Origin: Saccostrea echinata
Lineage: Eukaryota
Length of the DNA stretch: 64,000 nucleotides
Direction: 5' to 3'
NCBI RefSeq assembly: GCF_033153115.1
Contig: NW_026889833.1
Span: 806,001-870,000, forward strand
The position numbers were made by a program, and so were the translations under genes. A model generated the notes under the pieces. The model ran no database searches. It worked only from the letters and a program-made list of their open reading frames with translations, and was not told the origin of the DNA. Shown here in pieces: positions 24,801 to 37,963 of this stretch (positions are counted from its first letter, which is position 1; each line of letters begins with the position of its first letter).

Positions 24801-26595
24801 AGCTTCAAAATTCAAAATCAAATCGATTTGGCTCTTTTCAGTTGGCGATATGAAAATGAATGATAATTTGTTAAAAGATATTTCTTTCATATACAGACAA
24901 TGCCTCGGAAAACATCTTGGCAACATTAAATGAAAATATTTTTTTTTTTTACAAATCTAAATCTACATTTGTTAATGTTAGATAAAACTTCTCTATAGTG
25001 GATAGATATAATATTAAACTCAAACGATGTGGACATAAAATTTGAAAATACAGATTTGAATGGTTTAGGATATATCCGAAATAACCATATGGTAGTGTCT
25101 TCCTGCTTCACAACTACTCCATTTTCTGAGCTGAAGGCGGGGCAATTGGCTGGAATCCGAGGATTATATTCGACTAACTGTAAATGCAGGGTAAGTTAGC
25201 ATAGGTACATGTATTTTCCGAGTTAATCCATACAGACTCTTAAGCATATATTTCAAACTGATTCGTTCAAGTTTAAAGATACTAGCTTATTCATGTCTTC
25301 TGTTTTGGTCTGTTTTCGTTGTATGTGACATTATGAAACAATTCTTCTGTGGACATTTTGCGATTGCAACAGTTTGAAGCACATTTAATAAATTTTGGTG
25401 GTTCGATTTTTGATCTCTTTCTTTCAAAATTTAGTTTCTAGTACCATAAAGTAGATTCTTAAGAGTTTTTGTTATAAATTTACAAGTAAAGAAGATAAAT
25501 AGATTTTCAGTATTGTGCAATCAGGTTTAGGTGACAAAAAGATTAAAAATATGAATGAAGATTTTTTTTTTCTTGAGAAACACAAATTATAGGACTACAA
25601 TGCAGGGCTCTAATTGGCAACTAATTTAGTCGCCATGGCGCCTAAAAATTATGATTGGCGCCTAAAATTTTCTTATAAGTCGCCAAATTGGCGACCATTT
25701 TAAATTGACTTGGTGATCGTCAAATTATTGAACTTTAAACATTTTCAAATATTTTTTTATAAAGAGCAGAAAAGAATTTTAAAGGTTAGCAATGGACGTG
25801 TCTCTATAATGACTAATATTAGTTTTTAAATTGGCGCCTAAGAAAAAATTGCCTTGCGACTAAAAATTTGCATTAGCGACTAATTTTATTTTATAAGGAG
25901 CCCGTTGGCGCCTAAATTTTAGAGGTCACATAGAGGCCTGCAATGTAGCATCACGAAAAATTAATACTTTAAGGCCAAGAGTTCAGTACATGATATGACC
26001 ACGATCTAGCAACATGAACGGAAAAGACACATTTCCTAAAGAACAGCATGTCTTTATCCTACATGGTCGTTCATATGCAATGTAGAATACATTTAAATAA
26101 TTCATTTGATTTTGATAGAGATTCAGCTTAAAATTTTTCATTACAAAAATCTTACTCTTCAAAACAAGAAAACTACCTATCGTTTAACCAGTATGAAGCT
26201 TTTTATATTATAAATTCCAAATAATTCCTTTATGAAACCATTGTCTCGATCGAGGTCAAAGAAAACCATTATGGATTACTCAACTTTCCCCCATCCTTTA
26301 AAAACGTATTCCTGCCCAAGAAGAAGGTCATGATCTCAAGTATTTAAATCATTCATCATTTTATATGACTGTATTCATGTATAGAGTACTGAGGGACACT
26401 GTCTTTGTCTGCATGATGGTCAGTCTGTATTTAAAGGTAAATGAAATGCTGCTTGGGAGATGGAAGAGCAAGCGAGTGTGCCACGCAGAATGGTATTCTC
26501 CGTGCGAGGAGCAGCAAGCTGTTTGCGTCAAAAGAAGAGGTGGAAAATGTGCATGGCGCTTTCTTGAACGGAAACCGTGTCCTTTAGATAAATAA
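12817..26595 (+). CDS. TIMP: Tissue inhibitor of metalloproteinases (TIMP) paralog A, 5 coding exons, 214 aa
   Basis: Exons 12817-12931, 13395-13537, 24570-24675, 25069-25190, 26437-26595. All GT-AG, phases 1,0,1,0, 645 nt open. Signal peptide then CSCYMPRYQNSFCNAEF, ...YSIDILEIFK, ...GSCGIELSLGTVYYMTG, ...GQLAGIRGLYSTNCKC, ...AVCVKRRGGKCAW. 12 Cys in the predicted mature protein. The last-exon acceptor is the least certain. Confidence 0.88.
16276..21762 (-). CDS. Family-B-like (Methuselah/adhesion-like) 7TM GPCR with a large Cys-rich ectodomain, 3 exons, 888 aa, nested antisense in TIMP-A intron 2
   Basis: Exons 21762-21727, 21262-20084, 17727-16276, both introns phase 0 and GT-AG. Signal peptide MKITNLFGTTLLVCIFWHGC. 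Somatomedin-B-like CSCANDCEKKSECC and two Y.N.YCA.C motifs. Seven hydrophobic segments with family-B motifs (C..LGIASHYLWL, GY....CFI, FKLSTATGMTWIFG, GMFIF). Confidence 0.9.
18621..19608 (+). mobile_element. Non-autonomous Helitron/Helentron-type element (HINE/pearl-like) with ~140-bp tandem core repeats
   Basis: Starts aacaagatgtgtttgtgaaacac. About 6 units (ttatggccaaggttaaa-like anchors at 18765, 18903, 19049, 19189, 19329, 19485), a (GACA)n-like microsatellite at ~19508-19562, and terminal hairpin cccccgggatc-tttc-gatccggggg followed by cataaaaa. Confidence 0.85.
19852..19975. mobile_element. Short mariner-type MITE
   Basis: TACTGTATA...TATACAGTA inverted ends with internal ttttcgcccc/gcgaaa motifs. 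Confidence 0.55.
23785..24290 (-). mobile_element. Penelope-like retroelement 3' fragment
   Basis: ORF 23985-24179 has RGMLLPDKLMLQEFKKNRLKSAFRKFY, followed by the 3' module (reverse complement of ggatcccctgtcgaccggtcacacc). Confidence 0.8.
25603..25940. mobile_element. hAT-like MITE with 5-bp TSD (hAT5-like)
   Basis: Ends CAGGGCTCTA...TAGAGGCCTG (9/10 inverse match), CAATG duplicated on both flanks, repeated internal TGGCGCCTAA/GCGACTAA subterminal motifs. Confidence 0.75.
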
Positions 26596-27474
26596 TTGGA
26601 AATGTAGTATTTCTGGTATCTGTGCCATGACGGAGAGGTCGGCATCTCATGACGCTCTTTTCAGGCTTCGTTTGTGTATGTGATAAAGAACTGAGATGTA
26701 TTTTATAGTAAGATTTTTACTTGATATAGAAAACATTGTTTAACACTTATAACAAACCAATAAGTTCTTGAAAATAAAACTCTTCTTTTATGTATTTTTG
26801 TGATTAATTATTTTTTAAGAAGATTAGTATTAACTTAAAATTAGTTAAGTTCATGGTATGGGTAACAAACATAGTGAAAACATTACAATAGGAGGGAGGA
26901 GGGTTACGTCATCACATATTACTCTGGTCTACATCATTATTTTTACTATTTAGCATTAGATAATTCATCCGAAAAAATACAACTCAAGCATGATTTCATG
27001 TTCAAACTTATAAGCCAGGCTTCTAAAAATCTGAAATAATTCTGTTTTTAGAGAAACTAGCTATATCCTTTCTAGGAAGGATTTTTGAGGTCAAAATATT
27101 CATCAGTTTTTATTGTACCATGTTTAAATTTGTTCTTGCTACGTCTAACAAATTTCGGCACAGATCGAGTAAGTTTTTGAATGAATATCATTAATTCTAA
27201 ATGCTAACATCCATCTTTCAATAGAAAAAGGAAAATTTGTATCTCAGTGAGAGTTTAGTAGATCTATATAGTTTTTGTAGATTAAATGTTAATGTTGGTG
27301 CAAAATTATATTTTCTAAATCCCACTAGTACTGGAAGTATAATAGAAAAATAAAATCACTAAATATTTAAGAATATTATGATACTTGGAAAAAAAGTTTT
27401 AAAAGTGAGACATCTAAATCAACATATTAAATAACTTTGTTCTGATTTAAAAAAAAAAAATCGCGTCTATTTAG

Positions 27475-27640
27475 TACAAAGGGCTCACGGTAAAGATGAC
27501 TGTTCGACAGGGGGACCTTTCGCTTCCTAAGCATCTGATCCCACCATGGTGTTTTCGGGGTTTATAGCATGTTCTCGATGAAATATGTGGAGAATCGCTC
27601 ATAGCATTTAAGAGAAAGGTCACTGTCGTTATCTTCAAAT
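27475..27640 (+). mobile_element. Penelope-like 3' module, degenerate
   Basis: gggctcacgg...cgacaggggg...cctaagcatctgatcccacc matches the shared stem-loop. Confidence 0.5.
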
Positions 27641-27650
27641 TTTTATCATG

Positions 27651-28010
27651 CCAGTCGCGGTAGCCTAGTAGTAGGGCTCTTGCTTCTTGATCGGGGGGGG
27701 GGGGAGGAGGAGTACGAGTTCGATTTTCAACCCGGCGCCGCATCATTTAAGACAAACGCATAGGTTAGTGACTGTTTCTTCGCCAAGCGCTCGGCACTAG
27801 GAGTCAAATTCACGGGTCTTTCTGTTATGACCTTAAGAACCGAGGTCCCTTGCCACGGTAGGCTTTGGCAAAATGAAGAAAACCACAATGTTCAATGACC
27901 CTGAGTGCCGAGTTAAGTTCTAACTTTGAAACCGGACCTTTCACCGCTATACGGTGAAGTCTCAAATGAGTGAAAAATTCTGGCAAGGGACGTAAAAGAG
28001 CATTAAATCA
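27651..28010 (+). mobile_element. tRNA-derived SINE (Meta-domain type), near full length
   Basis: A-box gtagcctagtagta, B-box gagttcgatt, central tagtgactgtttcttcgccaagcgctcggca, and tail atgagtgaaaaattc...gggacgtaaaa. Confidence 0.7.
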
Positions 28011-28069
28011 ATTATTTATGAAGGGGTAGTATAAAATTTGTTAATAGTTTTTCTTTAAAAAAAAAAAAT

Positions 28070-29250
28070 GAGGAAAACAAACAGTGATCAATCTCAAAAA
28101 ACATGAAAAAATACAAATTGTGAACAGGGCATAAAACAGGGACCCCTTGAAAATCCAAATGTGAGATCAGATGCCTAGGATGAGTAACCATTGCCTGTCG
28201 ACCGGTAACACCTGCCTGAGCCCTATGTATTGATCAGTTGGACGGAATATTCCGTAGTCAAATTTGGTATAAAAACAAAGACATACAATTGGTATAAAAT
28301 ATGCCAGTCAAAATACGACCCAATCATAGGATATATTTGTTAACAAGTTCATTATAACGATCATAGAATTTATGAAATGCTTACTTTAAACTAGGTAGTT
28401 GAAATCTCCGTAACTTCAACTCATCTGTCAGAAGCCTGCCTCGGTTTAAAAGTTGATCGTACTCGGAGCATGCTCTCGATTATCGAATAAGTTCGGAGAC
28501 ATAAACACTTAATGCAGGTGATATGTGAATATTACTACATAAATATTGCTAATTGATAAAAGGACGTCGATATATCTAAATGTCGAGTTGAGGGCCACAG
28601 CAAGAGTTTTCTTTTTCTCCTTTAGAAGGTTTTAAATAAATTATGTTTTCAAGGAATATAAAATTGGTCGGCTAATGAAGGAGCACAATTAGTGCCCATC
28701 GATTTCCAACAGCTTATTGGAAAACCTGGTCTTCAAAGACTGCACAAATATTGTCAGTGAGGAATTCCTGCATCCTTTTCATAACAATTTCATAGTACTC
28801 GTGTGTAGAATCAGAGTGATTTTTAACAAAGTTGTTTTGTCGATGAACCACCACAAGATATGATTATTTCCGATTCCTTTTTTATTGAAGAAACAATTGC
28901 CTAAGGCTACCTTTTTTAACCTATCGTGTGGAATTTTTGTATAAAGTATGGAAAAATTGGGTACTTGTAACTATGCTTTGAAAAAAAAATCTTTTGAAAA
29001 GTTTCTGATTTTAAAATTTCTAAAAGTTCTTTGGTGTTTCTGAGAATCCACGTTTGATTATACCACCTCTAAAATAAAATGTAGAAAAGAATTCAACTTC
29101 ATAGTTTTGGCGAGGAGTAACGATAAGGGCTTGGTGGAGCACTTGTTGGACCCAGAAATATAGGTAGGATATATCTAACTCTTTTGTTGACTGGAATGTT
29201 AAAAGTATCAAAGATTGAGAAGTAATTTTGAAGAAAACATCCTTAGAAAG
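28070..29250 (-). mobile_element. Penelope-like retroelement, ~1.2-kb decayed RT fragment
   Basis: Reverse complement gives decayed FS.LYTKIPHD, F.TDNI, MGTNCAPSLADQF, FNSTFRYIDV, FYDRYNELV and the 3' module. Confidence 0.8.
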
Positions 29251-29357
29251 TAAACTGTAAGTATAACTATTAAGATTTCCGGTTGTAGAATTGAAAACAA
29301 GTTCATCTAAATAACAGTTATAATAATGAGCCTTACAAAGATAATATAGTTACAAAC

Positions 29358-29497
29358 NNNNNNNNNNNNNNNNNNNNNNNNNNNNNNNNNNNNNNNNNNN
29401 NNNNNNNNNNNNNNNNNNNNNNNNNNNNNNNNNNNNNNNNNNNNNNNNNNNNNNNNNNNNNNNNNNNNNNNNNNNNNNNNNNNNNNNNNNNNNNNNN
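29358..29497. other. Assembly gap (140 N)
   Basis: Run of N. Confidence 1.
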
Positions 29498-31017
29498 CTA
29501 TTATCACCGCTGTTTTAGTTAAATCGGAATGACAGAAAAAGTTCGGGGCAACATGTCTCATCTGCAATCAAAATTATTTGAAGTTGACTGAAAAATAAAG
29601 TCGATATTGATTTTTTACTCACTGATTATGTAATGATTGATTGATTGACTGTTACTGTTTAACGCCGAGTCGGAGGTATATGTAATGGATATATAAAGTA
29701 AAAGCATGTACAAAGTATGATCTATACCTCCTAATAAGATCTTGAAAAGACACAAGTTCTTAAAAATGTTACACTTTTGAATTTACTTGCCTTACGTTTG
29801 TAGAGGAAGTTGCTCTTAAAGTACCCTAGTTTTATTTCAGATTTTATCTTTAAAAAAAAAAACTGTGATCCAAACAAACAAGAGAGCTCAGAATTACATG
29901 TAATTCAAAAGTTTCCCGTTTTTCCAATTTATGAATGTACCACTGAAGCTTTGTTAATAACAATAATTAAATCAACATAGTTCATAATTTTTTTTATAAA
30001 GAAGAGAGCCTGATAACCTTTAGTCTTGCTCTATTAAAAATACATTTGTGAAATACTAACATAAGAAGCCCATGGGCAACATGCTTACCAGAGCTTTTAT
30101 ATTCAATTTTATACACTGCCATGTATACATGTATTTTTGTAAATTACGGAATATAACGACTGTTGCTACTTCATTAGTTATCTAGGTACAAAGGAGAAAA
30201 AATTCAAAGGCAAACACTTACGTATGGGTATTATAATTTTATGACAGCATCTATATATATTTTTTAATTTTAACTGTTCCAAAATATTTTCAAAACACCT
30301 AACTGTTGATAGGAATTAAATTAGTGTTACGCAGGGACACAATGTTCAGATAAACATATATGTAGCTCCGATGGAAAAACATAGCACACATTGTACAAAG
30401 TTTTGATTATTTAATACTTCAGCATTGAATGATTAAATGTTTTCTGCTATAATTCCTATACAGGAAATGTGTGCAAATCTGTATTAAAGAATGTTTGCAT
30501 ATTTTGTGTAATTATGTTTAGTTATACTTTATATTGCACAACACAAGCTTCATGATTTAAAAAAAAACTACAATATACATGAAAACGCCTATTTAGGTTT
30601 TTCTTGTATATCTGGGGAATTATAATACATCTACATACATATGTACATTGTATTTGTACCAAATTTTATATATCTAAATGAGAATTTCTGTAATTATTCA
30701 ACAGAAATGGATATGATTTTTCTTCCTTGGCTGCGTTTTATATAAATACAAGTCCATAGTAAAAAGTGACAAATTCTACAGTGTATATACAGAAATCATA
30801 AACTCACATTACTGGATTTATAAACATAAAGAAAATCAGCCATCAAAAATCAAAATCTTTACTTTCAAACAGAAACTGTTCCTGGATGACTGACTCTCAA
30901 TCCTTGTAAGGAATAAAAGGTCTTTATAATAAAGAAAAACGAATATTCGTCATATTTTCATGCACAAGCTGCCCTGAGATTTTTTTTTTTTCCATTTTTG
31001 CAATAGAGATATCAGCA

Positions 31018-34000
31018 TCACTTTCCTCGATGCTTTTTCCGGAATTTTCCTTTCCATTGGCACTTATTTGAACGGTAAACACACACAGCATGATTAACAT
31101 AACAATCAACACCAAATAGTTTGGATTTCCTTGATGTGCATCCACGAAATCCTTTATCCCTAGGGCTTAAATGATACGGACTGTCAGTTCCAATATCAGC
31201 CTGAAATAACATGTCAGGTTTTATTATGTAATAACACTTGAAAGAAGTAAAGTGAATATACATGTTGTATCTTCATGGAATATAAACATGCTGTAAAGGA
31301 ATATGTTCTCAAATTAGCTTGTATAATCAATAATTGTTTACTTAATCATTTTGATATTTTCCACGTTTTGGTGACCTTATTGTACTACAAGTTGCATTGT
31401 TATGGTACCAAAGAAATTCGGGTTCTTTTTCTGCAAACTGTAAAAGAACTTTTTAATACGTTTACCAAAATTGTAATGTTCAATAAACTTCAAATGCAAT
31501 TTGATATACTAAAGAAGAAACAACAAAGCAAACAAAATACTGACCAATGACTTCGCAATGTTTTTATCACCATAAAATTTTGTATGGAGAAAATATCTAA
31601 GAAGACTTAATATACAGATATTTCTTTATTTGTTTGTGCAATCAATTTTCCTTCCGGAAGTTGAATAAAACTTGAATGGTCAAAATATGAATGGTCACTC
31701 ACAATGCAGCGACAGTTCCTTTTATAGAGTTTACGCAGTCCAAGATGTTGTATGTCACTCAGGGTATGTGTCATCTTCATCCAATTACACTTTGTCATCC
31801 TCATCTCATTCTCAAAAATGACACCTTACATGGAGGAAACAGAAAAAAATAGGCGCTGAATGTGAATAACGTTAACCAATGCACAATATAGACCGATTAG
31901 TAAGGAAGTAAGCAGGAGAAGATGAAAGTTTATTGTATATACACTGAGACAAGATTTAATCAGTGACTGTAACATCGCACTAAAATGGGCACCAGAGGGA
32001 AGAAGAAAGCGTAGACGACCAAGAACAACTTGAGCCTTATAGTAAAAAGGGAGAGGGATGCAGTCAATGAATGCAGCAAAAAGAGCAGCAGCCAAAAGAA
32101 CTGATTAGGCACTCTCTGGCACGAGGAGAATCGGTGATGAAGGTGAATGCAATATATATAATATTCTTTCAATAATGTTAATGAAACATATTCTTACTAG
32201 ATATGTGTTGCGGTGCCAATATCATTTTTGTAAAATTTAATCTTAATTTCTGTGCCATGAACGTATTCATAACTGTAATATTTTTTTAATAGTCTAGGTT
32301 TGTTCATTCTAATGTTTATTTAGGAAAAAACATATAATTGTGTGAAAAAGATAGCGAACAAAGTTACATTTACCTGCCTCTGCACCTGTGTAGAATGAGA
32401 AAGACGTAAATACATTTTTTTTTTATCTAGTTAGATTATTTAAATTCCCGTACATTTCAGTACTTTTATGTAGGGGACATATTGTAGCCATTTTCACACC
32501 TGTGTTTTTGATAAAATTATTTGATACATTAGAGTAAAGGAAAATGTTCATTCATCTTTCTCTCTTTGCAGTTTAATGGTTTTAAGTCTGATGAATTAAA
32601 GCTACATTAAACATCTGTATATATACTTTTTATGCAATCGTCTTACTTTATTTAAAACATTTTGTAAATTGAAGGTTGTTTTTGTGTTCAGTATTTTGAT
32701 TTTCAGCATTTTTTCCCTTTTAAAAATGAAATATAAATGTATGAAATTGAAAATGTGATTCAGTGCAATTCTTGAAATAATGAGAACTATAAATTCTTGT
32801 TTCTTCAAACCAGGATGGAGAAAAGTAAAAAAAAAAAAGAAAGAAAAAAAAAAGAAAAGAGTTATATAAATTAAAGAAAAGTGATATCTGTGTCCAGAAT
32901 GTAAGATTTTGAAGGAAAAAATATTCAGAGATGTGCTGTTAGGGTTTTAGTATCACATAAACAAGGAGTCTGGCCCCAAGAGCATAAACTGAAAATCGAC
33001 TTGAATTATAGTTTTGTTTCTGATTACCCTACAGAGATTTTCTTTAGCTGGTGTAAAATTTGGCGTTTTGCTTGCTCAAATATATGCCAATACATGTAAA
33101 ATGGCAAATAAGCCATATAGGTTTAAATATTTGAATTCATTTATCTGCATTAAGTTTTTGATAATTCATAACAAAATGAAACCACAGTTCATTCAAAGGT
33201 ACAGGTGAAGTGTCCTCATGATCGACCATAGTTTCTTAACTAACATTGTTCATGTGTCATGTTTAGTATGCTTAATTGCCTTTCACAACCTTTTTGTGAA
33301 CAAAATTTGCTACAGAACAGTCAATTACCTTTGTTCTTAATTTCAGTTGATGTCATGTATTTTACATTTGTGTTGACAGTTCAAGTATGTTTGACACGGA
33401 TCCTGTGTTGTAAAATGCTTGTCGAGTCTTTTTTCGAAAATAGACATTGTTTATAATGTATTTCCAGTTTGAGCAGATCCTTTGTTATACTACAGCAATA
33501 TCTCAGAATTGTGTGTGTTTTGTTTTGCACTCCAGTCCAGTTTCATTAATAACTGTGTAACCTTAGAATATTGCATGTTTTAGTTTGTTTAAAACTAGTT
33601 TTATTTGAAACTGATTCAAAAACTGTAAACAAATTGTTACAACAAATGTATCTTTAAGTTTGGTATGCATTTAAAGATCCTCTCTCTCTCTCTCTCTCTC
33701 TCTCTCCAAACTTACCCATCATGATATACTTCCGTCCTATTCGAGGTCTTATGTTGCAGCCAAGTGGAGTGTATATCTTCGTATGGTCGATATTTTTAAA
33801 CTTTCTTTCCCCCTGATTAGAAAAAGGCATTGAACATTTAATGATTTTGATCAGATCAATGAGTATGACCATGAAAATGTTTGATAATATAACACCAAAT
33901 GATATAACTAAAACAAAGTTTCTGTAATCCAGTTCTAACTTTGTATATACATGTAATTAGCATGACATATTTTTCATTAAAATATTTTTATATAGATTAC

Positions 34001-36595
34001 TTGTAACTGATATACAATAAATGCCTTATCTAGCTGTTTCATTTTATGTATAAGTAACAAGTTATTTAATTATATGCCTGTGTTAATTTAATTGAACTTT
34101 CTTCGATTCATCAGTATTTTGAATCCAGATCAAGAATTTCTTTTTGAAGTAAAGAAACGAAAATTGAAGAAAAGAACATTTTTGTTTTAATAGGTTTGTT
34201 TAATCATTTCCGATCGAGTCTTAAAATGGAATATACATCTGTTCACAATATGTATGAACGTATAAAGAATCTAGTGTCCCTGTATTCCCAAAAATCTTTG
34301 TATGAAGACTCAGCCAGGGAAATGTTTTATATGATTAATATTATCCCTAAGTATTTTTCATATATATTCATATTTTAGGTAAACTGAGTTACTCAGGTGA
34401 CCTATTGCTACATGTATATGTTTTCGTCCGTCGTCGAGCGTTATTTTTTAAAACATTTTTAGCTTCTTCTCAAGAAGTATAGAACCAATTTTAAACCATT
34501 TTGGTAATATAGCATTATCATTGATGAGACAAGGGTAACAAATAGGATGAATAGCATGACCCCTGCCTCCCTTGCACCTGATGGGTTGGTTAACAACAAT
34601 TTTCAAAAATCATCTTAAATCCTAGACATCTGGCACTGTTTGCATGATTATGAGCCATGAGTCCTTTACTAAAATTTTGAAATTCATGGCCCGTTCAGTC
34701 TCTGGGGTGGGGCTAAGTTGATATTTATCAAAAATACATTATATCTAGTTATGAAATTTTCTTTACTGACAATAGCATGAAAACTGTTAGTTGAAAATAG
34801 CTAGATTTACACCTTTTTTCAAAACTTATGAAAGTCATGCCCCCTGGTTCCATGGTTCAGACCTAAGGATGGAGCTTGATTGGTCATATATTGGAAATAC
34901 ATTACATTTTTGCTAATTTTTCCTCTGGGACACATATATAGTAGACGGACTGTTTGCATGATTATAATGAAAAATGAGATCTTTACACAAATTGTAAAAT
35001 CCTTGTCCCCTGCCTGACACTATTGTTTAGCCCCTAGGGTAGTTTTATGTTAGTTATATTATGTACTGAAAATATATGGCATTGTTCAAAACCGTCTTTC
35101 CTATAAGACATATAGAGGGCAAACTGATTATATAATTACAATGAATAATTAATCCTTTACCAAAATTGTGAAATTAATTTTCCATGGGTCCAAGGTTCAG
35201 AACCCAGGTTGAGACTTAGTTGATCATGTATTGAAAATACATAACAGCTTTGAATATCTTCTATTTTCATGGATATTTAGCAAACAGTTTACATTTTTAT
35301 TATAAACACTAGCCCTCCAACAGTGTAAATTTTTTGGCAAAATGATCTATTTGCTGCAACTCGTCTAACGTTTCCAGACTCTGTTCTCATGTTGCTTTTC
35401 TAGCATTTTGTATGTAATTTATGAGTTTTAATTTACAAGATTTGGTGGTAAAAATACCAAAAAACAGTGTCAACTAGTTGACATTATCAGTGATATATCG
35501 CATCTAATCACAATAAATATGAAAACGTACCTTGAACTTTTGGTAAATATGGACATGGATGTGATTTCCTATCGGTCGTCCGGGTACCTGCTTTGAATAC
35601 ACTCGAGTGATGTTGGTTATATAGGCTTTGATTACTGCAAAGGTAAAAATCATGTTCTAATGTATTGCTTTTTAATGTCGAGTTGCGACACCATATGGCA
35701 AAAGATGAAAAGGCGAAGTAACATTAACTGAGATGTCCTCACACTTCTTAAAAGCCTAGACGAATGTTCTTACGTTTTTTTTTTTAAATTATTATTATTA
35801 TTATTCACGTGTACATGTGAATTCTGATTTTTTTCGTTTATGTCTAAGTATTCTGTTCTAAAATGTAATACTATTATATAAACTCTTGCTTTATGTAATT
35901 ATAGATCTTGTCCTTTGTGATAAAAAAAATCATTCAATTTTGTATTCAGTTTCTCTTTTGAAGAAGGTTCGGCTATCTTGAAAATCGGGAAAGCAGATTT
36001 TTCAAGATTAAAATTTTAAATGTCATATAATTAACCAAAGTGCCTTTATGATATTTTGCTACAGAGATTCATTGTTACAAATGGTCTATTTTAACTAATA
36101 AATACAATGTTAGGATCATTTTACACCATTTCAACGATCTCAGCTGGCGTGTTTCACCTAATATTGAGTTTAGGTAGATGCCCTAAGCTTGTGGTTAGAA
36201 CTGTGACAGGAAAAATGGTAGGACTTATTTCTAAAATTACTTGATATTAATGTTAGAAATATTGGTTTCACAAATAAGTTATGTGTATTTTCCTGTCATA
36301 AAAGTTATTGTCCTTAAAAGCAAGTACTAGTGCCTCTTACCAAATTCAACGAGTGAAACACGTTAAGCTTTTGCGATGATCGTTTGAAAGTTTAAGACAG
36401 ATTAATATGGTATAATCCATCAACCCTTTAATATTTTTATCACACAGTCAGATGTTCTAGATCTCTTTTACCTATATCAGACTTGCAATACAACCACTGC
36501 GGGTGTTCAGGACCCGGGCATTTACAACATGATGTCGTCTCCATGTGGAGAACACAAAACAACGCCAACAGAACCACGGACTTTCTCCAATCCAT
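31018..36595 (-). CDS. TIMP: TIMP paralog B, 5 coding exons, 209 aa, strongly basic
   Basis: Exons 36595-36472, 35634-35531, 33812-33716, 31824-31703, 31200-31018. All GT-AG, phases 1,0,1,0, 630 nt open. MDWRKSVVLLALFCVLHMETTSC-CKCPGPEHPQWLYCKSDIVIKA..., IYTPLGC...KYIMMG, ...QHLGLRKLYKRNCRC, ...AVCVYRSNKCQW. HPQ..YC.SD.VI.A is a classic TIMP motif. Confidence 0.92.
31855..32145 (+). mobile_element. RTE-like LINE 3' fragment in TIMP-B intron 3
   Basis: Decayed ...IALKWAPEGRRKRRRPRTT* resembles the W.P.G.R.RGRPR.TW C-terminal motif of RTE-clade RTs. Confidence 0.55.
34374..35330. repeat. Helitron/Helentron-associated ~166-bp satellite element in TIMP-B intron 2
   Basis: Starts with ttttaggtaaactgagttactcaggtgacctattg (hairpin) and cgtccgtcgtcg, followed by ~4 degenerate aaaattgtgaaattcatggcccc...gg units. 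Confidence 0.65.
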
Positions 36596-37963
36596 ACCTA
36601 TACGAAAATATAAAAAAAAATGTCATAATAAACAACATTTTGGCCATCTTCAAAAAAAAAAATCTTTGTTTGCCCTCACTCGACCGACTAAAAATGGCCC
36701 CACTCAAACTTTTTTAAACCTCCAGGAAACAAATATTTTTTTTTATTATTCATACAGGAATTCACTCTTCCTGACAACAACTTTTAATTCTATTAAATTT
36801 CATTAAATTTGAAAATCCAGCATTATAATGTTTAAAGGATGACTGCACTTAAGGACATGCGGAATTTGCGACAAAGTAAACTTTCAAAACAAGCATTTTT
36901 CTTTTCATTGCAAGAATGGTCAACATCCAATCTACAACTTTATGTAATTACGTTTAATAAAAGTGTGTATTTACGAAGTTCAAATCTGTTTTCAAAGGCA
37001 GGGGTCATCACAATTTCTTGAATCTCCGTTTGATAATGAGGACGCCCACTTTTTTACTGACTTTATACATAGTCAGCGCATGTTTGTCTATTGTTCTACG
37101 TTTAACAGTAGTTGTATATTTGCATAAATAATAATGTGTTAAAAGGAGATTAATAGACAAACATGCGCTCATAATTAAAAAGAGAAAAAACTGCTTCTTC
37201 TTACATTCGCTCTCTGTGTTGTAACCAAGGATTGTGACATGTTGAATATTATAATTCACCACGTGATTTCTTACTTCAGGTAACTTTGTGAATACTAAAT
37301 TCCGTCACGTGACTTGTAAAGGTAGCATGTTTTGTGTTAACTAGGACACTGTGTTCGAACACGTTAAGTCATCTGGCATTGATATAAAATCTGCTTTAAT
37401 TACATTGACGTGCTCATATTGTTAATTTCGTTTTGAAACCTTTGTTAGAAGTGTATTTGTGCCATACAGAATGGAGAGGGAGACTGGAAAGAGTGATCAC
37501 GTTCTTTTTTTTCAAACATGTCATTGTTATTTATCAAGTCTAATTTTAGACCCATTCTTACAATGTTAGCTCCACCTCTCATGCATATCTAATGTTCAAT
37601 CAAGGGCAGGTAAGTGTAAATTCACTATATTTGGAAAGCAGTAAGGACAAAAAACATTGAATCATTTTATTGTATCACAGTCTAAAATCATTTTAAGATT
37701 TAAATGTGGTTCCAAATTGACAGTATTCTTTCATAAACACACAAAAGTGAGATAAGGTTTAGATATAAAAGCAAGAGAAGTAACCGAAAAAGACCCAAAA
37801 ACAGGCGTTAAGTGCAGTCATCCTTTAAAAAAAAAAAAACCTACCTACCTACCTACCGACCCAATTATTCATCATGAGTTGGGAGAGGACAAACCTTTTT
37901 AAGGGCCTTACTATCCCATTTTTATAATGTTGTTTTGTGCATAGGCATCAAAAATTGAATCTC

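Noticed and set aside
26384-26436. Alternative upstream acceptor for the TIMP-A last exon
   Set aside because: In phase 0 it reaches TGA after 19 codons and loses the conserved C-terminal cysteines.
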